A stretch of 64,000 bases of DNA from Verrucomicrobiales bacterium (GCA_031411295.1 JANOAV010000060.1:10172-74171), one strand, 5' to 3'; numbered from the stretch's first letter, positions 8,805 to 19,365 are shown. Translations and numbers: made by a program. The notes: generated by a model not told the origin, from the letters alone.

Positions 8805-9950
8805 ATGAACAACCTTCAAGATCCCTTCCGCAATGCGCGCACCACCGTAGGCGTGCTCCAATGCCCCTTCAACGGGGAGAATATCACCATGCTGCTGCGT
8901 CATGAAGATGTCCGGCGGGCGGCCAAGAATTGGCACACATTTAGTTCAGACGCACCTTTCCGGGTCCCGATCCCTTCTGAGGAAGGGGTGCGAACGATGC
9001 GGCAACTTCCCATCGAAACGAATCCGCCGGAGCACACGGATTATCGGAAAATCACCGATCCCTTTTTCCAGCGCGCCAAGGATCCCGTGGTCATGGCCAG
9101 CATTGAGCGATTGATGGGCGACATGCTCCAATCCGCGCTGGAGCAAGAATCGGTAGAAATCGTAAACGACTTCGCCCTGCCGTTCCAGTCCCGCGCACTA
9201 ACTTACCTGCTCAACGTGCCGGAATCCGAGGCGGACATTTGGATCGGCTGGGGGATTCACGTTTTCAAGGTGACGGGCGGAGAGTTCAAGCAAGGCAACG
9301 TGCTGGAGGACTACCTGCACCAGCAATTCGATCGCGCCACCGCCAACCCTGGCGATGACTTCTTCAGCGCACTAACCACCGCAACGTTTCAAGGACGTCC
9401 GTTGACTCGCGAGGAAATGATGGGTTTTGCGAACCTGGCCTTTGCCGGCGGACGGGACACGATCATTCACACCATTTCCTGTGCGTTAGGATATCTGGCC
9501 CAGCACCCCGAAGCTCTGGATTATCTGCGGGAGGATCCCGGCCGCATCATCCACGCCAGCGAAGAGTTCTTCCGCGTCTTCATGCCGTTGACGCACATCG
9601 GGCGCGTCTGTCCGGAAGGGGCCACCATTCATGGCGTCACGGTGCCAGCGGGCGATCGGATCTCCCTCTGCTGGGCCTCGGCAAATCTCGATGAAGCCGC
9701 CTTCGAATCGCCTCACGAAATCCGCCTGAACCGCAAACCCAATCCACATCTATCCTTCGGCTTTGGGGCCCACTTATGCATGGGCGCGCCCCATGCCAGG
9801 CTAATTTTACGAACGCTGCTAAAACTCTGTTGCGAGAAGGTTCAACGCATTTCTCTGCTGGCCGCGACAGAGCAGGTCGAACATGAAGCAAAGTTCGATC
9901 GGGCCCTGGGGTATGAGTCCCTCACGGTAAAGTTGGTGCCCATTTCGTGA
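8805..9950 (+). CDS. Cytochrome P450
   Basis: NPPEHTDYRK, I-helix FAGGRDT, ExxR (EEFFR) and heme-binding FGFGAHLCMG. ATG at 8805 preferred to GTG at 8763. Confidence 0.95.
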   Translation: MNNLQDPFRNARTTVGVLQCPFNGENITMLLRHEDVRRAAKNWHTFSSDAPFRVPIPSEEGVRTMRQLPIETNPPEHTDYRKITDPFFQRAKDPVVMASIERLMGDMLQSALEQESVEIVNDFALPFQSRALTYLLNVPESEADIWIGWGIHVFKVTGGEFKQGNVLEDYLHQQFDRATANPGDDFFSALTTATFQGRPLTREEMMGFANLAFAGGRDTIIHTISCALGYLAQHPEALDYLREDPGRIIHASEEFFRVFMPLTHIGRVCPEGATIHGVTVPAGDRISLCWASANLDEAAFESPHEIRLNRKPNPHLSFGFGAHLCMGAPHARLILRTLLKLCCEKVQRISLLAATEQVEHEAKFDRALGYESLTVKLVPIS

Positions 9951-10028
9951 ACCAAAGCGCAATCTCACGGCGTAACGAAGGAAATCCAGCAAGATCAAGC
10001 TGCAGCAGAGCCCGGTGAGCAATGTGGG

Positions 10029-11060
10029 CTACTGGTCTTGCCCATCGGCATCCGCAACTCTAGCGGAATCCTCGGTCGTCTCATCCGATGCTTCATCCAT
10101 GGCCTCGTCCGGAGCATCCTCAGGATCCTCTTCTGGTTCCTCAGCAGGAAGCTCGGTGCCATCGTCATCTTCTTCCGGGGCCTCATAAACGAACTCTTGC
10201 CCGCGAGGAGCGGTTTGTCTGGGGGCGGGTTCGATGATAACGTGTTGCTCCTCGGAGGACGGCTCGGGGAGTGCGGTCTTTTCTTTCTTAACGCGTTTTG
10301 GCTTCGGTTCCACGGGCGGAGCAGAGCCATCCAGCGGGAGTTCCTCGTGCTCGGCGGCGGTGGGCGCACCTTTCTTGCCCTTGGTGGGCTTGGGGGCGGG
10401 CTCGTCCTCTGGTTCAGGCAATTTCACCGCACGCAATTCTGCGGCGTTAGGCAAATCATCCACCGTCTTGATGCCGAAGTGCTCCAGGAACAAATCCGTC
10501 GTTTCATAAAGCAATGGCCGACCCGGTAAATCCGCCCGTCCCGCTATGCGCACGACGTTTCGATCCAACAGCGTCTGCATGGGGCCATCCACACTAACAC
10601 CGCGCACCGCCTCGATGCTGGACCGCGTGACGGGCTGCCGATAGGCGATGATGGCCAGCGTTTCCAACGCGCTCTGGCTCAGGCGGCTGGGTTTCTTCTC
10701 AGGGAAAAGTTGTCGCACCCACGGGGCGTAGTCAGGCCGGGCCGCAATGCGATAACCCGTGGGGCGTTCGATGAGGGTGAAGGCTCGGCCGGTTTCTTGA
10801 TAGTTTCGCACCAGATTCAGGATTGCTTCCGTGACTTGTTCCTCGGTCACATCTGCGTAGCGCAGCATCATCATGGTGTGATCGTCCAACGGTTCCGCGG
10901 GTTCGTCGAAGCTGTCGAGCTGTTCCAAGCTGGCGTCCGCCACGGCTTTCTGAGCCTTGGCGGGAGCCGCTGCGGTGGTGATGACGCGGGCCATCTCCCG
11001 GGCGGATACTCCATCCGGGGAGGCAAAGATCAGGGCTTCGACGACGTGTTCCAGTTCCAT
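10029..11060 (-). CDS. scpB: SMC-Scp complex subunit ScpB with long acidic C-terminal tail
   Basis: VEALIFAS, LSQSALETLAIIAYRQPVTRSSIEAVRGV, GRPLLYETTDLFLEHFGI; directly downstream of scpA. Confidence 0.96.
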   Translation of the reverse strand: MELEHVVEALIFASPDGVSAREMARVITTAAAPAKAQKAVADASLEQLDSFDEPAEPLDDHTMMMLRYADVTEEQVTEAILNLVRNYQETGRAFTLIERPTGYRIAARPDYAPWVRQLFPEKKPSRLSQSALETLAIIAYRQPVTRSSIEAVRGVSVDGPMQTLLDRNVVRIAGRADLPGRPLLYETTDLFLEHFGIKTVDDLPNAAELRAVKLPEPEDEPAPKPTKGKKGAPTAAEHEELPLDGSAPPVEPKPKRVKKEKTALPEPSSEEQHVIIEPAPRQTAPRGQEFVYEAPEEDDDGTELPAEEPEEDPEDAPDEAMDEASDETTEDSARVADADGQDQ

Positions 11061-11071
11061 GTTAGTCTATA

Positions 11072-11830
11072 TCAAGCATTTTCATTTCGGGTCAATTCAA
11101 TGGTGCCGAGCATCGTGTCCTGACGCACGCGGAATTGGCGTAATTTGATCAATTCCAGCATGGCGATAAAGGTGACAATCATTTCGTCCCGCGTGCATCC
11201 ATACGGGAAGAGCGCCAACAGCCCAATACTCTCGCCCGGCTTGACGTGCTTCAGCAAATACTCAATTTTATCCGCCACGGTCCAGCGTTCATCCACGATC
11301 TCGCGCAGTTCCGGGCCAGCCGTGGGCTCGTCTGCGTTGAAGCGATCCAGTATTTTTTGGAATGCTTGAATGAGATCGAAGATGCCCAGTTCCTTGGGAA
11401 ATGGTTCCGGTCCATCGTCCACTTCCATGCCTTCCGGAGCTTCCGGCACGGCGGGGAAGAAATTCTCATTTTGCAACGCCCGACGTTGTAGGAAACTGGC
11501 TGCGTCCTTGAATTTCTTATACTCGATGAGCTGTCGGATCAGCTCCCAGCGGGGATCATCCTCCTCCGCTTCTTCCTCCGGCAACTGCACCTGCTTGGGC
11601 AGCAGCGTGCGACTCTTCATATACATCAAATTTGCCGCCATGACCACGAACTCCCCGGCCAGATCGATGTTCAGCATCTTGAAGGCGTTCATGTATTCCA
11701 GATACTGCTTGGTGATGCGCTCCAGGGAGAGATCATGCACATCCACCTCGTCCTTCTTCGCTAAATAGAGAAGCAGGTCGAGCGGGCCTTCGAAGATTTC
11801 GAGTTTAACTTTATAGGGTTCTTCTACCAC
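11072..11830 (-). CDS. scpA: Segregation and condensation protein ScpA
   Basis: FEGPLDLLLYL, AGEFVVMAA.L..KSRTLLP, DPRWELIRQLIEYKKFK, IVTFIAMLELIK. Confidence 0.96.
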   Translation of the reverse strand: MVEEPYKVKLEIFEGPLDLLLYLAKKDEVDVHDLSLERITKQYLEYMNAFKMLNIDLAGEFVVMAANLMYMKSRTLLPKQVQLPEEEAEEDDPRWELIRQLIEYKKFKDAASFLQRRALQNENFFPAVPEAPEGMEVDDGPEPFPKELGIFDLIQAFQKILDRFNADEPTAGPELREIVDERWTVADKIEYLLKHVKPGESIGLLALFPYGCTRDEMIVTFIAMLELIKLRQFRVRQDTMLGTIELTRNENA

Positions 11831-11960
11831 GACAGCAAGGATGGGGGGGAATCAGGAGGATTTCCGAGGGGCGGGCCATTTAACGCAGGGTTGCCACCGG
11901 GGCAAGCCGGAAAAGCTTGGAGATTTTTTGCGGGAGCAAGGGCCGAGCTGAACCGGAACG

Positions 11961-11985
11961 GTGGACCGCACAGTCCTCTGTGCGG
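11961..11985 (+). repeat. REP-like palindrome (GTGG + 8-bp stem)
   Basis: GTGGA-CCGCACAG-tcct-CTGTGCGG in the scpA/propeller intergenic region. Confidence 0.45.
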
Positions 11986-12201
11986 AGGCGATGACTTCGT
12001 GCGCAGCTTCACCCGACCCCACTGATGTTACCAGAGTCACTTTTGCATCTTTTTGGCACAGTCCGAGCAGCGGCCCTGGCAGCAGTCATTATTGGCTGAC
12101 TGTGGAAAACCCGTAATCGCGAGCACAAACGACGCGCCTCGATTCCGCAATGGTGATACCGTCCATTTCCCTCTCAGCTGATTATTTAATTCACTTATCT
12201 C

Positions 12202-13170
12202 ATGACCCGCGTCCTCCTAACCTTCCTTCTCATCCCCAGCTTCACTCTCGCCGAGGACAAACCTGCGGCTCCCGCCACGCTTCCGGGCAAAGGACTGGCG
12301 CAGCATGATTTCTTCTATGCGGGTGAGGGGAAAGAGCGTCGGGCATACATTGTTAAGAAGGGTGAGATCGTGTGGAGTTACGATGATCCCGCTGGCAAGG
12401 GGGAGATCAGCGATGCCATTCTGCTGGGAAATGGCAACGTGCTGCTGGCGCATCAGCATGCCGTGAAGTTGATTTCTCCTGAGAAGAAAGTGCTGTGGAA
12501 TTATGATGCCCCGGCGGGCTGTGAGATCCACACCGCACAGGCCATCGGGAAGGATCATGTGCTCTTTGTGCAGAATGGCGATCCTGCTATTGTAAAAGTG
12601 GTAAACATCACCACGGGCGCGACGAAGCGCGAATTCTCCATCCCTGCGGGCAATCCCAAGAGCGTGCATGGGCAGTTCCGCCATGCGCGGCTCACCGCTG
12701 CGGGAACCCTGCTGGTGGCGCATATGGACGCGGGGAAAATTTCCGAATACAACGCAGAGGGAAAGGAGATCTGGTCACTGCCGGCACCGAAATGTTGGGG
12801 CGTTAGTGAACTGAAGAACGGCCACCTGTTGATCAGTGGCGGCAACGGCGCGCAAGAGGTGACACGGGAGGGGAAAATCGTGTGGGAATTCAAACGGGAG
12901 GATGCTCCAGATTACGCTCTGGCGAATTTTCAACTTGCTTGGAGGCTCCCGAATGGCAATACCATCGTCAACTGTTGGTTCAATCAGTGGAGCGGGAAAC
13001 TGGATCCAATCAACGCTCCAGTGCAGGCGCTGGAGGTCACGCCTGACAATAAAATCGTCTGGGCACTGCGTTCGTGGGAGAAGCCGGACCTCGGCCCGTC
13101 CACCACCATTCAAGTGCTGGATGAGGCAGCGGAACCAGCGGAGAATGTTCATTTCGGGGATATCAGATAA
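12202..13170 (+). CDS. Secreted beta-propeller (PQQ-like repeat) protein
   Basis: Signal peptide; repeated G.IVWxY/F and L.NGNxL motifs. Confidence 0.7.
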   Translation: MTRVLLTFLLIPSFTLAEDKPAAPATLPGKGLAQHDFFYAGEGKERRAYIVKKGEIVWSYDDPAGKGEISDAILLGNGNVLLAHQHAVKLISPEKKVLWNYDAPAGCEIHTAQAIGKDHVLFVQNGDPAIVKVVNITTGATKREFSIPAGNPKSVHGQFRHARLTAAGTLLVAHMDAGKISEYNAEGKEIWSLPAPKCWGVSELKNGHLLISGGNGAQEVTREGKIVWEFKREDAPDYALANFQLAWRLPNGNTIVNCWFNQWSGKLDPINAPVQALEVTPDNKIVWALRSWEKPDLGPSTTIQVLDEAAEPAENVHFGDIR

Positions 13171-13272
13171 CAACAGCGTTCCCATCCGCACCCCAGCATG
13201 AGTTCGGTCTTGACGATTCTGCCGCTGCCGGGCTTGCTGAGGCAATACTTTTAACCAATTAACATCCAAATT

Positions 13273-14262
13273 ATGAAACTAACTTCACTCCATTTCCTAA
13301 CCACTTTATACTCCATTGGTCTGGCCTGCAGCGCGCTGGCGGATACCCCCTACACCGGTCGCTGGGCGCTGACGATTCCTGGCGGCGGGGCCGGATGGCT
13401 GGGGGTGGAGGAAAAGGGCGGAGCGCTGAGCGCTTCCATTCTGTGGGGCGGCGGCAGCGTGGTTCCCGTGCAGGGCGTGAAGGTGGTGGACGGAAAATTG
13501 CTCGTCACCCGCGTTAACAAAAACAAAAAGAAGAACGTGGAAGGGAAGGAGGTTCAGGTTACGGACACAGAGACCATCACGGCCACAGCCACAGGCGATG
13601 CTTTGGCGCTGACAACGGAACACGCGGATGATCTGGGCAGTAAATCCAAACCCGTGGCTTTCACCGGAAAGAAAATCGCCCCGCTTCCAGCCGCACCTGA
13701 TTTGAAGATGGTGAAATATGCTGCCCCTATCACGTTGTTTAATGGCAAAGATCTCACTGGCTGGCGTCTGCTCGATCCCAAGGCTGACAATGGTTGGAGC
13801 GTGGTCGATGGCGTGTTGCAGAATCGGGTGGAAAAGGGAAAGCACCATGGCAATCTGCGCACGGAAGCGGAATTTACAGACTTCAATTTGAAGCTGGAAC
13901 TGAAGACGCAGGCCAACAGCAACAGCGGCATTTATCTGCGCGGCATTTACGAAGTCCAAGTGGCGGAGTCCTTCGGCAAGGCGCTGGATCCGCATAACAT
14001 GGGGGCGCTCTACAGCCGCATTACCCCATCTGTGGCGGCTGAGAAGGCAATTGGCGAATGGCAGACGCTGGACATCACGCTGGTGCAACGTCACCTCACC
14101 GTGATCCTCAACGGCAAAACCATCATCCACAACCAGCCCGTGTTAGGATGCACCGGTGGTGCGCTCTGGAGCGATGAAACCAAGCCCGGCCCGCTTTACT
14201 TGCAAGGCGATCACACCAACATCGATTATCGGAACATCGTGCTGACCCCGGTAGCGAAGTAA
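13273..14262 (+). CDS. DUF1080 (3-keto-disaccharide hydrolase family) protein
   Basis: Signal peptide; LFNGKDLTGW, F.DF.LKLE, NSGIYLRG.YEVQV, GALY, GEWQ, GPLYLQGDH..I.YRNI. Confidence 0.9.
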   Translation: MKLTSLHFLTTLYSIGLACSALADTPYTGRWALTIPGGGAGWLGVEEKGGALSASILWGGGSVVPVQGVKVVDGKLLVTRVNKNKKKNVEGKEVQVTDTETITATATGDALALTTEHADDLGSKSKPVAFTGKKIAPLPAAPDLKMVKYAAPITLFNGKDLTGWRLLDPKADNGWSVVDGVLQNRVEKGKHHGNLRTEAEFTDFNLKLELKTQANSNSGIYLRGIYEVQVAESFGKALDPHNMGALYSRITPSVAAEKAIGEWQTLDITLVQRHLTVILNGKTIIHNQPVLGCTGGALWSDETKPGPLYLQGDHTNIDYRNIVLTPVAK

Positions 14263-14308
14263 TTGCGAGGAATCACGCTCAGTGCAAGGGCACCTAACTG
14301 GAGTGCCT

Positions 14309-17300
14309 TTAGGCAACGGCAGCGCGACGTTCCCGGAAGCCGATGATCCCCAAGAGCAGCAGGCTGGTCAGGAGCGCTCCTGGTTCTGGGACCGGCACCA
14401 GTTCCCCGGTGCCGGCGAGGAAACCTGCCCCCACGCCGATGGGGGTGATGCCGTTATCGCTGTAGAACTGGATGGCTGTCAGCTGGGCGTTGGAGAGAGA
14501 AGTGACATTTGGGAACAGGATAAATTCCGATCCGCTGGAGTGGGCGAACACGCCGCCGCCCCAATTCCAAACTTGCAGGAGTCCAGTCCAGCTCGGGCTG
14601 CTGCTATCGGCAAATGTCAGGCTCGAGGTGTCGCTCGTGAAATCGATGACACTATTGGCGCTGACGTTGAGGGTATCTGAGACCGCGTCATACCCCCCAG
14701 TCTTAAGGATGCCACCGCTGAGGGCGAGTTTGGCTCCGACAGGCAGGGCCGTGGGGGAACCCATGAGCAGAGTCCCGCCCGCAATATTGGTGGAACCACT
14801 ATAGGTGTTGTTTCCGTTCGCAGTCCAAGTTCCAGTCCCTTGTTTAGTGATACTGCCACCGCTGCCAATGACGTTCCCGCTGAAAGTGGCATCCGCATTG
14901 CTGCTCATGGTGACGTTTTTCAGTCCCAGATCCACGCTAGATCCAGCTACCCCGGAGATGGTGGCGATCGTTTCGCTGGCACCCGTGATCGCTGCAATGC
15001 TAAATTTAGACGTGCTGGTCATCAGGTGCAACGAACTGGTATCCGCCAGCGATCCGGATGCGATTAATGCTAACGTGCCGGACTTGATCAAGGTGTTGCC
15101 GGCGTAGGTATTGGCGTTGGTTAGTTCCAGCACCCCCTCCCCGGTTTTGAGCAGGTCAAAGTTTCCGCCACCCGCAATGATCCCAGAGAGGCGGGTTGCA
15201 TCTGTGGCTGAGGACGGATTGTCTATCACCCGGACTTCACGTGCGAAATACGCCGTCCCAGATCCTTCATCAAGACTGAGGCTGTTGGTAAAATCAAGGC
15301 GGCTGTCGGATTTGGTGGAGCCCATAATCAAGCTGTGGCCATTCTGGAGGAAGCCAGCGGCATTCCACGCTAGGGAAGCTGGGGTGGCACCCCCAACGGT
15401 CGTCACCAGAGTAACGGTCGCATCCCCGCCAATGGCGGAGAACCCGCCGTCGCTGCGCGCGGTAGTTCCCCCTTCCCATTTGATCGTGCCGCCACTGGCA
15501 GTGCCCACGGTAGTGCTGGATCCAAGCGCTCGAATGAGGGTTCCGCCTCCACTGATCTCCAATACCCCGCCATATAAATTTAGATTCGTAAATGTTCCAC
15601 CTGCGCTGGTGCCTCCGCCCAGCGTCGTCAGAGAACCTCGCAGGACCCCTTGGAGCACATTCACATTTTGCACTGCGGTGAAGTTGATCTGATTGGTGGC
15701 CCCATTCAGATTCAGGGTGCCAAGGCCGGATTTATTGAATGGCTGGCCGGCTCCGGAAAAACTTAGAGCGACATTGAGCGTCGCTGCTGGATCCATCACG
15801 TGCACGTAGCGCGTTCCCGCAACGGTGCCGAAGAGGGACCCAGTCGTGCCGATGATACTGAAATCGTTAGTGCCAGTCAACATCACGGCCGTGGTATTAA
15901 TGGAGTTTGTTCCAGCCCCAAGGCTTTGTCCGCTGGCGGTGGGGCTGATTTTCAGCAGCATGGGTGTGCTTACCGCTCCCAAATTAGCGCTCAGTGTCGT
16001 CGTTGTGGTGGACGGAGTGAAATTGGTTAGCTCCCAAGCCGCAGCGGAGGCCAGGGTTGCGGAATCGCGAGCAGTATCAGCCAGGGCCACGATGCCATTG
16101 GCCCCGACGCCGGCCCAACTGTTGGAATTGGCGGTGGCCCAACCGAAGGTGGTATTGGTAGCGCTACTGGTGTTCGCCAACGCCCCGTTCGTGGTATTAG
16201 TGAAGATACCGGTGCCCGTAAAGGTGATGCGGGGATTGGCTCCTGCTGTCCCGAGTGTGCCGCCGAGGCCCACAAAATTCACCGTGCCCGCAGTGCTGTC
16301 ACGCAGGGTGCCAGCGTCCGTGAAATTGAGCACGGTGCCGCTTGCTCCTCCATTGTGGGTCACACTGATCGTAGCAGCGGAGGAACTCATGGTGAAGCTG
16401 CCGATGGTTTCATTACTGCCGTCGGTGGCATTGCCGATCAAGGCCAGGGTTCCTCCGAAAAAGGCCGGGTTAAATTTATCTGGCAGGCGTCCGTTGGCGG
16501 AAGCGGTGTTGCCGGCCGTGTTGTCCAGAATAAGGGAGCCGTTGCGCAGGTTCATCGTCATGGCATTGGCTCCGGCGGAGGTTCCCAGCACACCACTGGT
16601 GGCACCGGCCCCCGTGAGTTTCAAGGTGGCCGCGTTATTGATGGTGATGGTGCCAGTGATGCCACTCAAATCACCATTGATGGTTTGGGTGACCCCGTGG
16701 CCCGCCCGCAACGTGAAGCCGCCGGTGGTAGTGATAAGGCCCGAGAAGGTGGCATCCGTCAACGCCATGACGTTTAGAGTGCCGCCGCTGCCAGGAATAA
16801 CGCTGCCGCTGCCGCTCAGCGAACCCACCCGGAAATCGGCAGTTCCCCCCGTCCCAAGCGTGGTGAGGGAGGTGCCACTGGCAAGGTTCACGGCATTGGA
16901 GCGCAGCACGGTGCTGCCGCTGTTCCCTCCCGTGCCAGCTTGCAGGGTGCCGCCAGTCACATTGATGCCCCCAAACAAAGAGCCGGTCCCGTTCGCGCCA
17001 TCCAGCACCAAAGTTCCGGCCCCGCTCTTGGTAAAGCCATTGGTGCCTGCCAGCCCTAGATTCAATGTCAGCGTGCTACCAGTGGCGACGTCGATCACAG
17101 ATTTTATAGCACCATTGAGAGTAAGCGTTTGGCTGGTGCCGGTTACGGTGTAGGCACCGGCTGCGGTGGGGGCGACGAAGAGATCATTTACCGAAATGCC
17201 TGTGCTGAGCGTCAGCATGCCAGCAGTTCCCTGGAGCAAGGCATCGTTATTCTCACCCGGGTTGCCCCAGGGATTCAGCGGGCCTGTTGACGATCCCAGC

Positions 17301-17491
17301 CGCCAGAGGGCAGCCGTGGTATCCCAACTGCCAGTGCCACCGATAGCGGCAGAGCCGTCTCCGTCCGCATCCCAAAAGTAATCGGCGGCGTGGAGCACGG
17401 GGATCAACGCGGATGCGAGCAGGCCTCCAAGACAAAGGGAGGAAAGTTTGCGAGGCGACGAGCCGATGCCTCTATGGTCGGGAAAATTCAT
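14309..17491 (-). CDS. PEP-CTERM surface protein with autotransporter-associated beta-strand (passenger) repeats
   Basis: Repeats of TKxGxGTL.L...NTYxG.T.I..GTL; ends VPVPEP + transmembrane helix + RERR; no C-terminal beta-barrel. Confidence 0.9.
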   Translation of the reverse strand: MNFPDHRGIGSSPRKLSSLCLGGLLASALIPVLHAADYFWDADGDGSAAIGGTGSWDTTAALWRLGSSTGPLNPWGNPGENNDALLQGTAGMLTLSTGISVNDLFVAPTAAGAYTVTGTSQTLTLNGAIKSVIDVATGSTLTLNLGLAGTNGFTKSGAGTLVLDGANGTGSLFGGINVTGGTLQAGTGGNSGSTVLRSNAVNLASGTSLTTLGTGGTADFRVGSLSGSGSVIPGSGGTLNVMALTDATFSGLITTTGGFTLRAGHGVTQTINGDLSGITGTITINNAATLKLTGAGATSGVLGTSAGANAMTMNLRNGSLILDNTAGNTASANGRLPDKFNPAFFGGTLALIGNATDGSNETIGSFTMSSSAATISVTHNGGASGTVLNFTDAGTLRDSTAGTVNFVGLGGTLGTAGANPRITFTGTGIFTNTTNGALANTSSATNTTFGWATANSNSWAGVGANGIVALADTARDSATLASAAAWELTNFTPSTTTTTLSANLGAVSTPMLLKISPTASGQSLGAGTNSINTTAVMLTGTNDFSIIGTTGSLFGTVAGTRYVHVMDPAATLNVALSFSGAGQPFNKSGLGTLNLNGATNQINFTAVQNVNVLQGVLRGSLTTLGGGTSAGGTFTNLNLYGGVLEISGGGTLIRALGSSTTVGTASGGTIKWEGGTTARSDGGFSAIGGDATVTLVTTVGGATPASLAWNAAGFLQNGHSLIMGSTKSDSRLDFTNSLSLDEGSGTAYFAREVRVIDNPSSATDATRLSGIIAGGGNFDLLKTGEGVLELTNANTYAGNTLIKSGTLALIASGSLADTSSLHLMTSTSKFSIAAITGASETIATISGVAGSSVDLGLKNVTMSSNADATFSGNVIGSGGSITKQGTGTWTANGNNTYSGSTNIAGGTLLMGSPTALPVGAKLALSGGILKTGGYDAVSDTLNVSANSVIDFTSDTSSLTFADSSSPSWTGLLQVWNWGGGVFAHSSGSEFILFPNVTSLSNAQLTAIQFYSDNGITPIGVGAGFLAGTGELVPVPEPGALLTSLLLLGIIGFRERRAAVA

Positions 17492-17812
17492 GAGAAAAGT
17501 AGGTTAGATGGGGTGTGCAGGGCGGGGATTACACTAGGAATGGTGAGCAGATTAGTTGCCAACCTACTCAATAATGTCGAATTTGTGTCCGCACTGATCA
17601 ACCGCAGGAGCACAGTCTGGGGACGCTTTATCCAGTGCGGGGGCATTCCCCGAGCGTTGGCAGCGGAGGCATCCGACCCACCGAAGTCCTCCCTTCCCGC
17701 TTTTGCTTCCCTCTTTTGCGTGGCGGAATGCGCAATCCTGACCTTGTCAAAATCACTCCCCCACTCACAATGAAGCATGGCTGACCACAGCCGCCAACCT
17801 TCACTTCAACTC

Positions 17813-18715
17813 ATGAAATTCTCTATACTACTCACCCTCCCGCTCTTCACCCTAACCACCGCGTGGTCCCAAAAAGTGGCCGCACCGGATCAGGTCGAGA
17901 AAGTAAAATCTGCGCTGCCTGCCACGCCCGCAGCCAAACCCAACGGCAAGCATGAGGTGCTGGTGTTCTCCAAGACCAACGGTTTCCGCCACAGCAGCAT
18001 TGAACTGGGCGTGGAGGCGATGAAGCTTCTGGGCGAGAAGACTGGGGTCTTCAATGTCACCGCCACGGAGGACGACAAAGCCTTTGAGCCTGACAGCTTG
18101 AAGAAATTTGCGGCCGTGATTTTCTTGAACACCACGGGCGAACTCTTCCGTCCCAAGGATTTCAAGGGCACGCCGGAAGAAACCAAGGCCATGACGGAGC
18201 GCGAAGCACTGCTGAAGAAAACTTTGATCGATTTCGTGAACAGCGGCAAGGGCGTGATCGGTTTCCACTCTGCGACGGATACCTTTGCGGGCTGGAAAGA
18301 CTATCATGACATGATGGGCGGCGTGTTTGGTGGGCATCCTTGGCATGAAAAGATCGGCGTGCAGAATGTCGATCCGGGCAACCCCATCAACAAGGCTTTC
18401 AATCAGACGAACTTCGACATCACCGATGAAATTTACCAATGGAAGCCCGGCAGTTTCTCCACCGATAACCACCGGGTGCTGCTGGCCATCGACAAGGCCA
18501 AGACCAATATGGAGAAGGGCGGCACGAACGGCAAAGACGCCCTCTATCCTATTTCTGTGATGCGGAAATATGGCAAAGGCCGCTGCTTCTATTGCTCGCT
18601 GGGCCATCGCGAGGAAATTTACTGGAACCCCACCATCCTTCAGCACTATCTGGCGGGAATTCAATTCGCGCTGGGTGATCTGGAAGCGGAAGCCGCGCCA
18701 AAGAACGTCCCGTAG
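17813..18715 (+). CDS. ThuA-like (class I glutamine amidotransferase fold) periplasmic protein
   Basis: VLVFSKTNGFRHSSI, FLNTTG, GFHSATD, GG.FGGHPW, DEIY, YGKGR.FYCSLGH; signal peptide from the ATG at 17813. Confidence 0.9.
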   Translation: MKFSILLTLPLFTLTTAWSQKVAAPDQVEKVKSALPATPAAKPNGKHEVLVFSKTNGFRHSSIELGVEAMKLLGEKTGVFNVTATEDDKAFEPDSLKKFAAVIFLNTTGELFRPKDFKGTPEETKAMTEREALLKKTLIDFVNSGKGVIGFHSATDTFAGWKDYHDMMGGVFGGHPWHEKIGVQNVDPGNPINKAFNQTNFDITDEIYQWKPGSFSTDNHRVLLAIDKAKTNMEKGGTNGKDALYPISVMRKYGKGRCFYCSLGHREEIYWNPTILQHYLAGIQFALGDLEAEAAPKNVP

Positions 18716-18755
18716 GGAAAAGGTCTCGTTACCAGACCATCCCTCCCAAGAGCAG

Positions 18756-18792
18756 AGGAATCGATCGCAGCCCGATCGGTTCCTTTGTTTTT
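18756..18792 (+). terminator. Probable intrinsic terminator after the ThuA-like gene
   Basis: AGGAATCGATCG-cagcc-CGATCGGTTCCT (12-bp stem with one G-U pair) followed by TTGTTTTT. Confidence 0.65.
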
Positions 18793-18856
18793 GTTCAGTC
18801 CAGAAGGAGCCCCTTTCCGCTGAGAGGTTCCACTTGGCGAACGGACGGTTACAGGT

Positions 18857-19336
18857 ATGATTGCTGCCATGCCCCCTCTGTTCCGACTCCTTTTTTTTGG
18901 CGTAGCTTTACTCTTAATCTCCTGCGGCTCCAAGTCGTCCTCCGGAGTCACCGTGGCTGCGGCCGGACCACTGCAAGTGCAACAATTGGCCGTGCGACGG
19001 GAGGGCGATCATTTGCTGGTGCGGGCCACGGTGCATTTCACCAATAAAACGAATCAGGCCGTGCGGTTGCGCTCCGAGGCCATCGGACTGCATGCAGGCG
19101 GGGAAATCATTCCCGCCTTCACCCGACCATTTAATGAATATCCTAATGTGGAACCGGGAACTAGTGGTGTGTCCGTGCTGGATTACTGGGCGGAACCTCG
19201 GCAGGTGGCCCAGGAACTGCGCTTGAAGTATCAGGAGCAAGTCTTGACCATCAAAACGGCAGGCGAATTTAACATCCAACAGTTGCCGGAAGGGCAAATG
19301 GTGTTTCTATCCTGGCCAGCGTGGCAAGTGCGCTAA
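18857..19336 (+). CDS. Hypothetical lipoprotein
   Basis: Lipobox LLISC after a hydrophobic stretch; beta-rich body; co-oriented with the ROK kinase. Confidence 0.65.
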   Translation: MIAAMPPLFRLLFFGVALLLISCGSKSSSGVTVAAAGPLQVQQLAVRREGDHLLVRATVHFTNKTNQAVRLRSEAIGLHAGGEIIPAFTRPFNEYPNVEPGTSGVSVLDYWAEPRQVAQELRLKYQEQVLTIKTAGEFNIQQLPEGQMVFLSWPAWQVR

Positions 19337-19365
19337 CTCACTAACGCTATCGCGAAACAAAACTT

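Noticed and set aside
11831..12201. 371-nt divergent intergenic region as a possible ncRNA or small gene
   Set aside because: Apart from one REP-like hairpin, no RNA family signature or credible ORF.
15111..17153. Long plus-strand ORFs (193 and 442 aa) inside the passenger-repeat gene
   Set aside because: Antisense shadows of a Gly/Thr-rich gene; Val/Pro-rich with no motifs.
14309..17491. Passenger repeats without a beta-barrel as a broken autotransporter
   Set aside because: The protein ends in an intact PEP-CTERM signal, a common architecture in this lineage.
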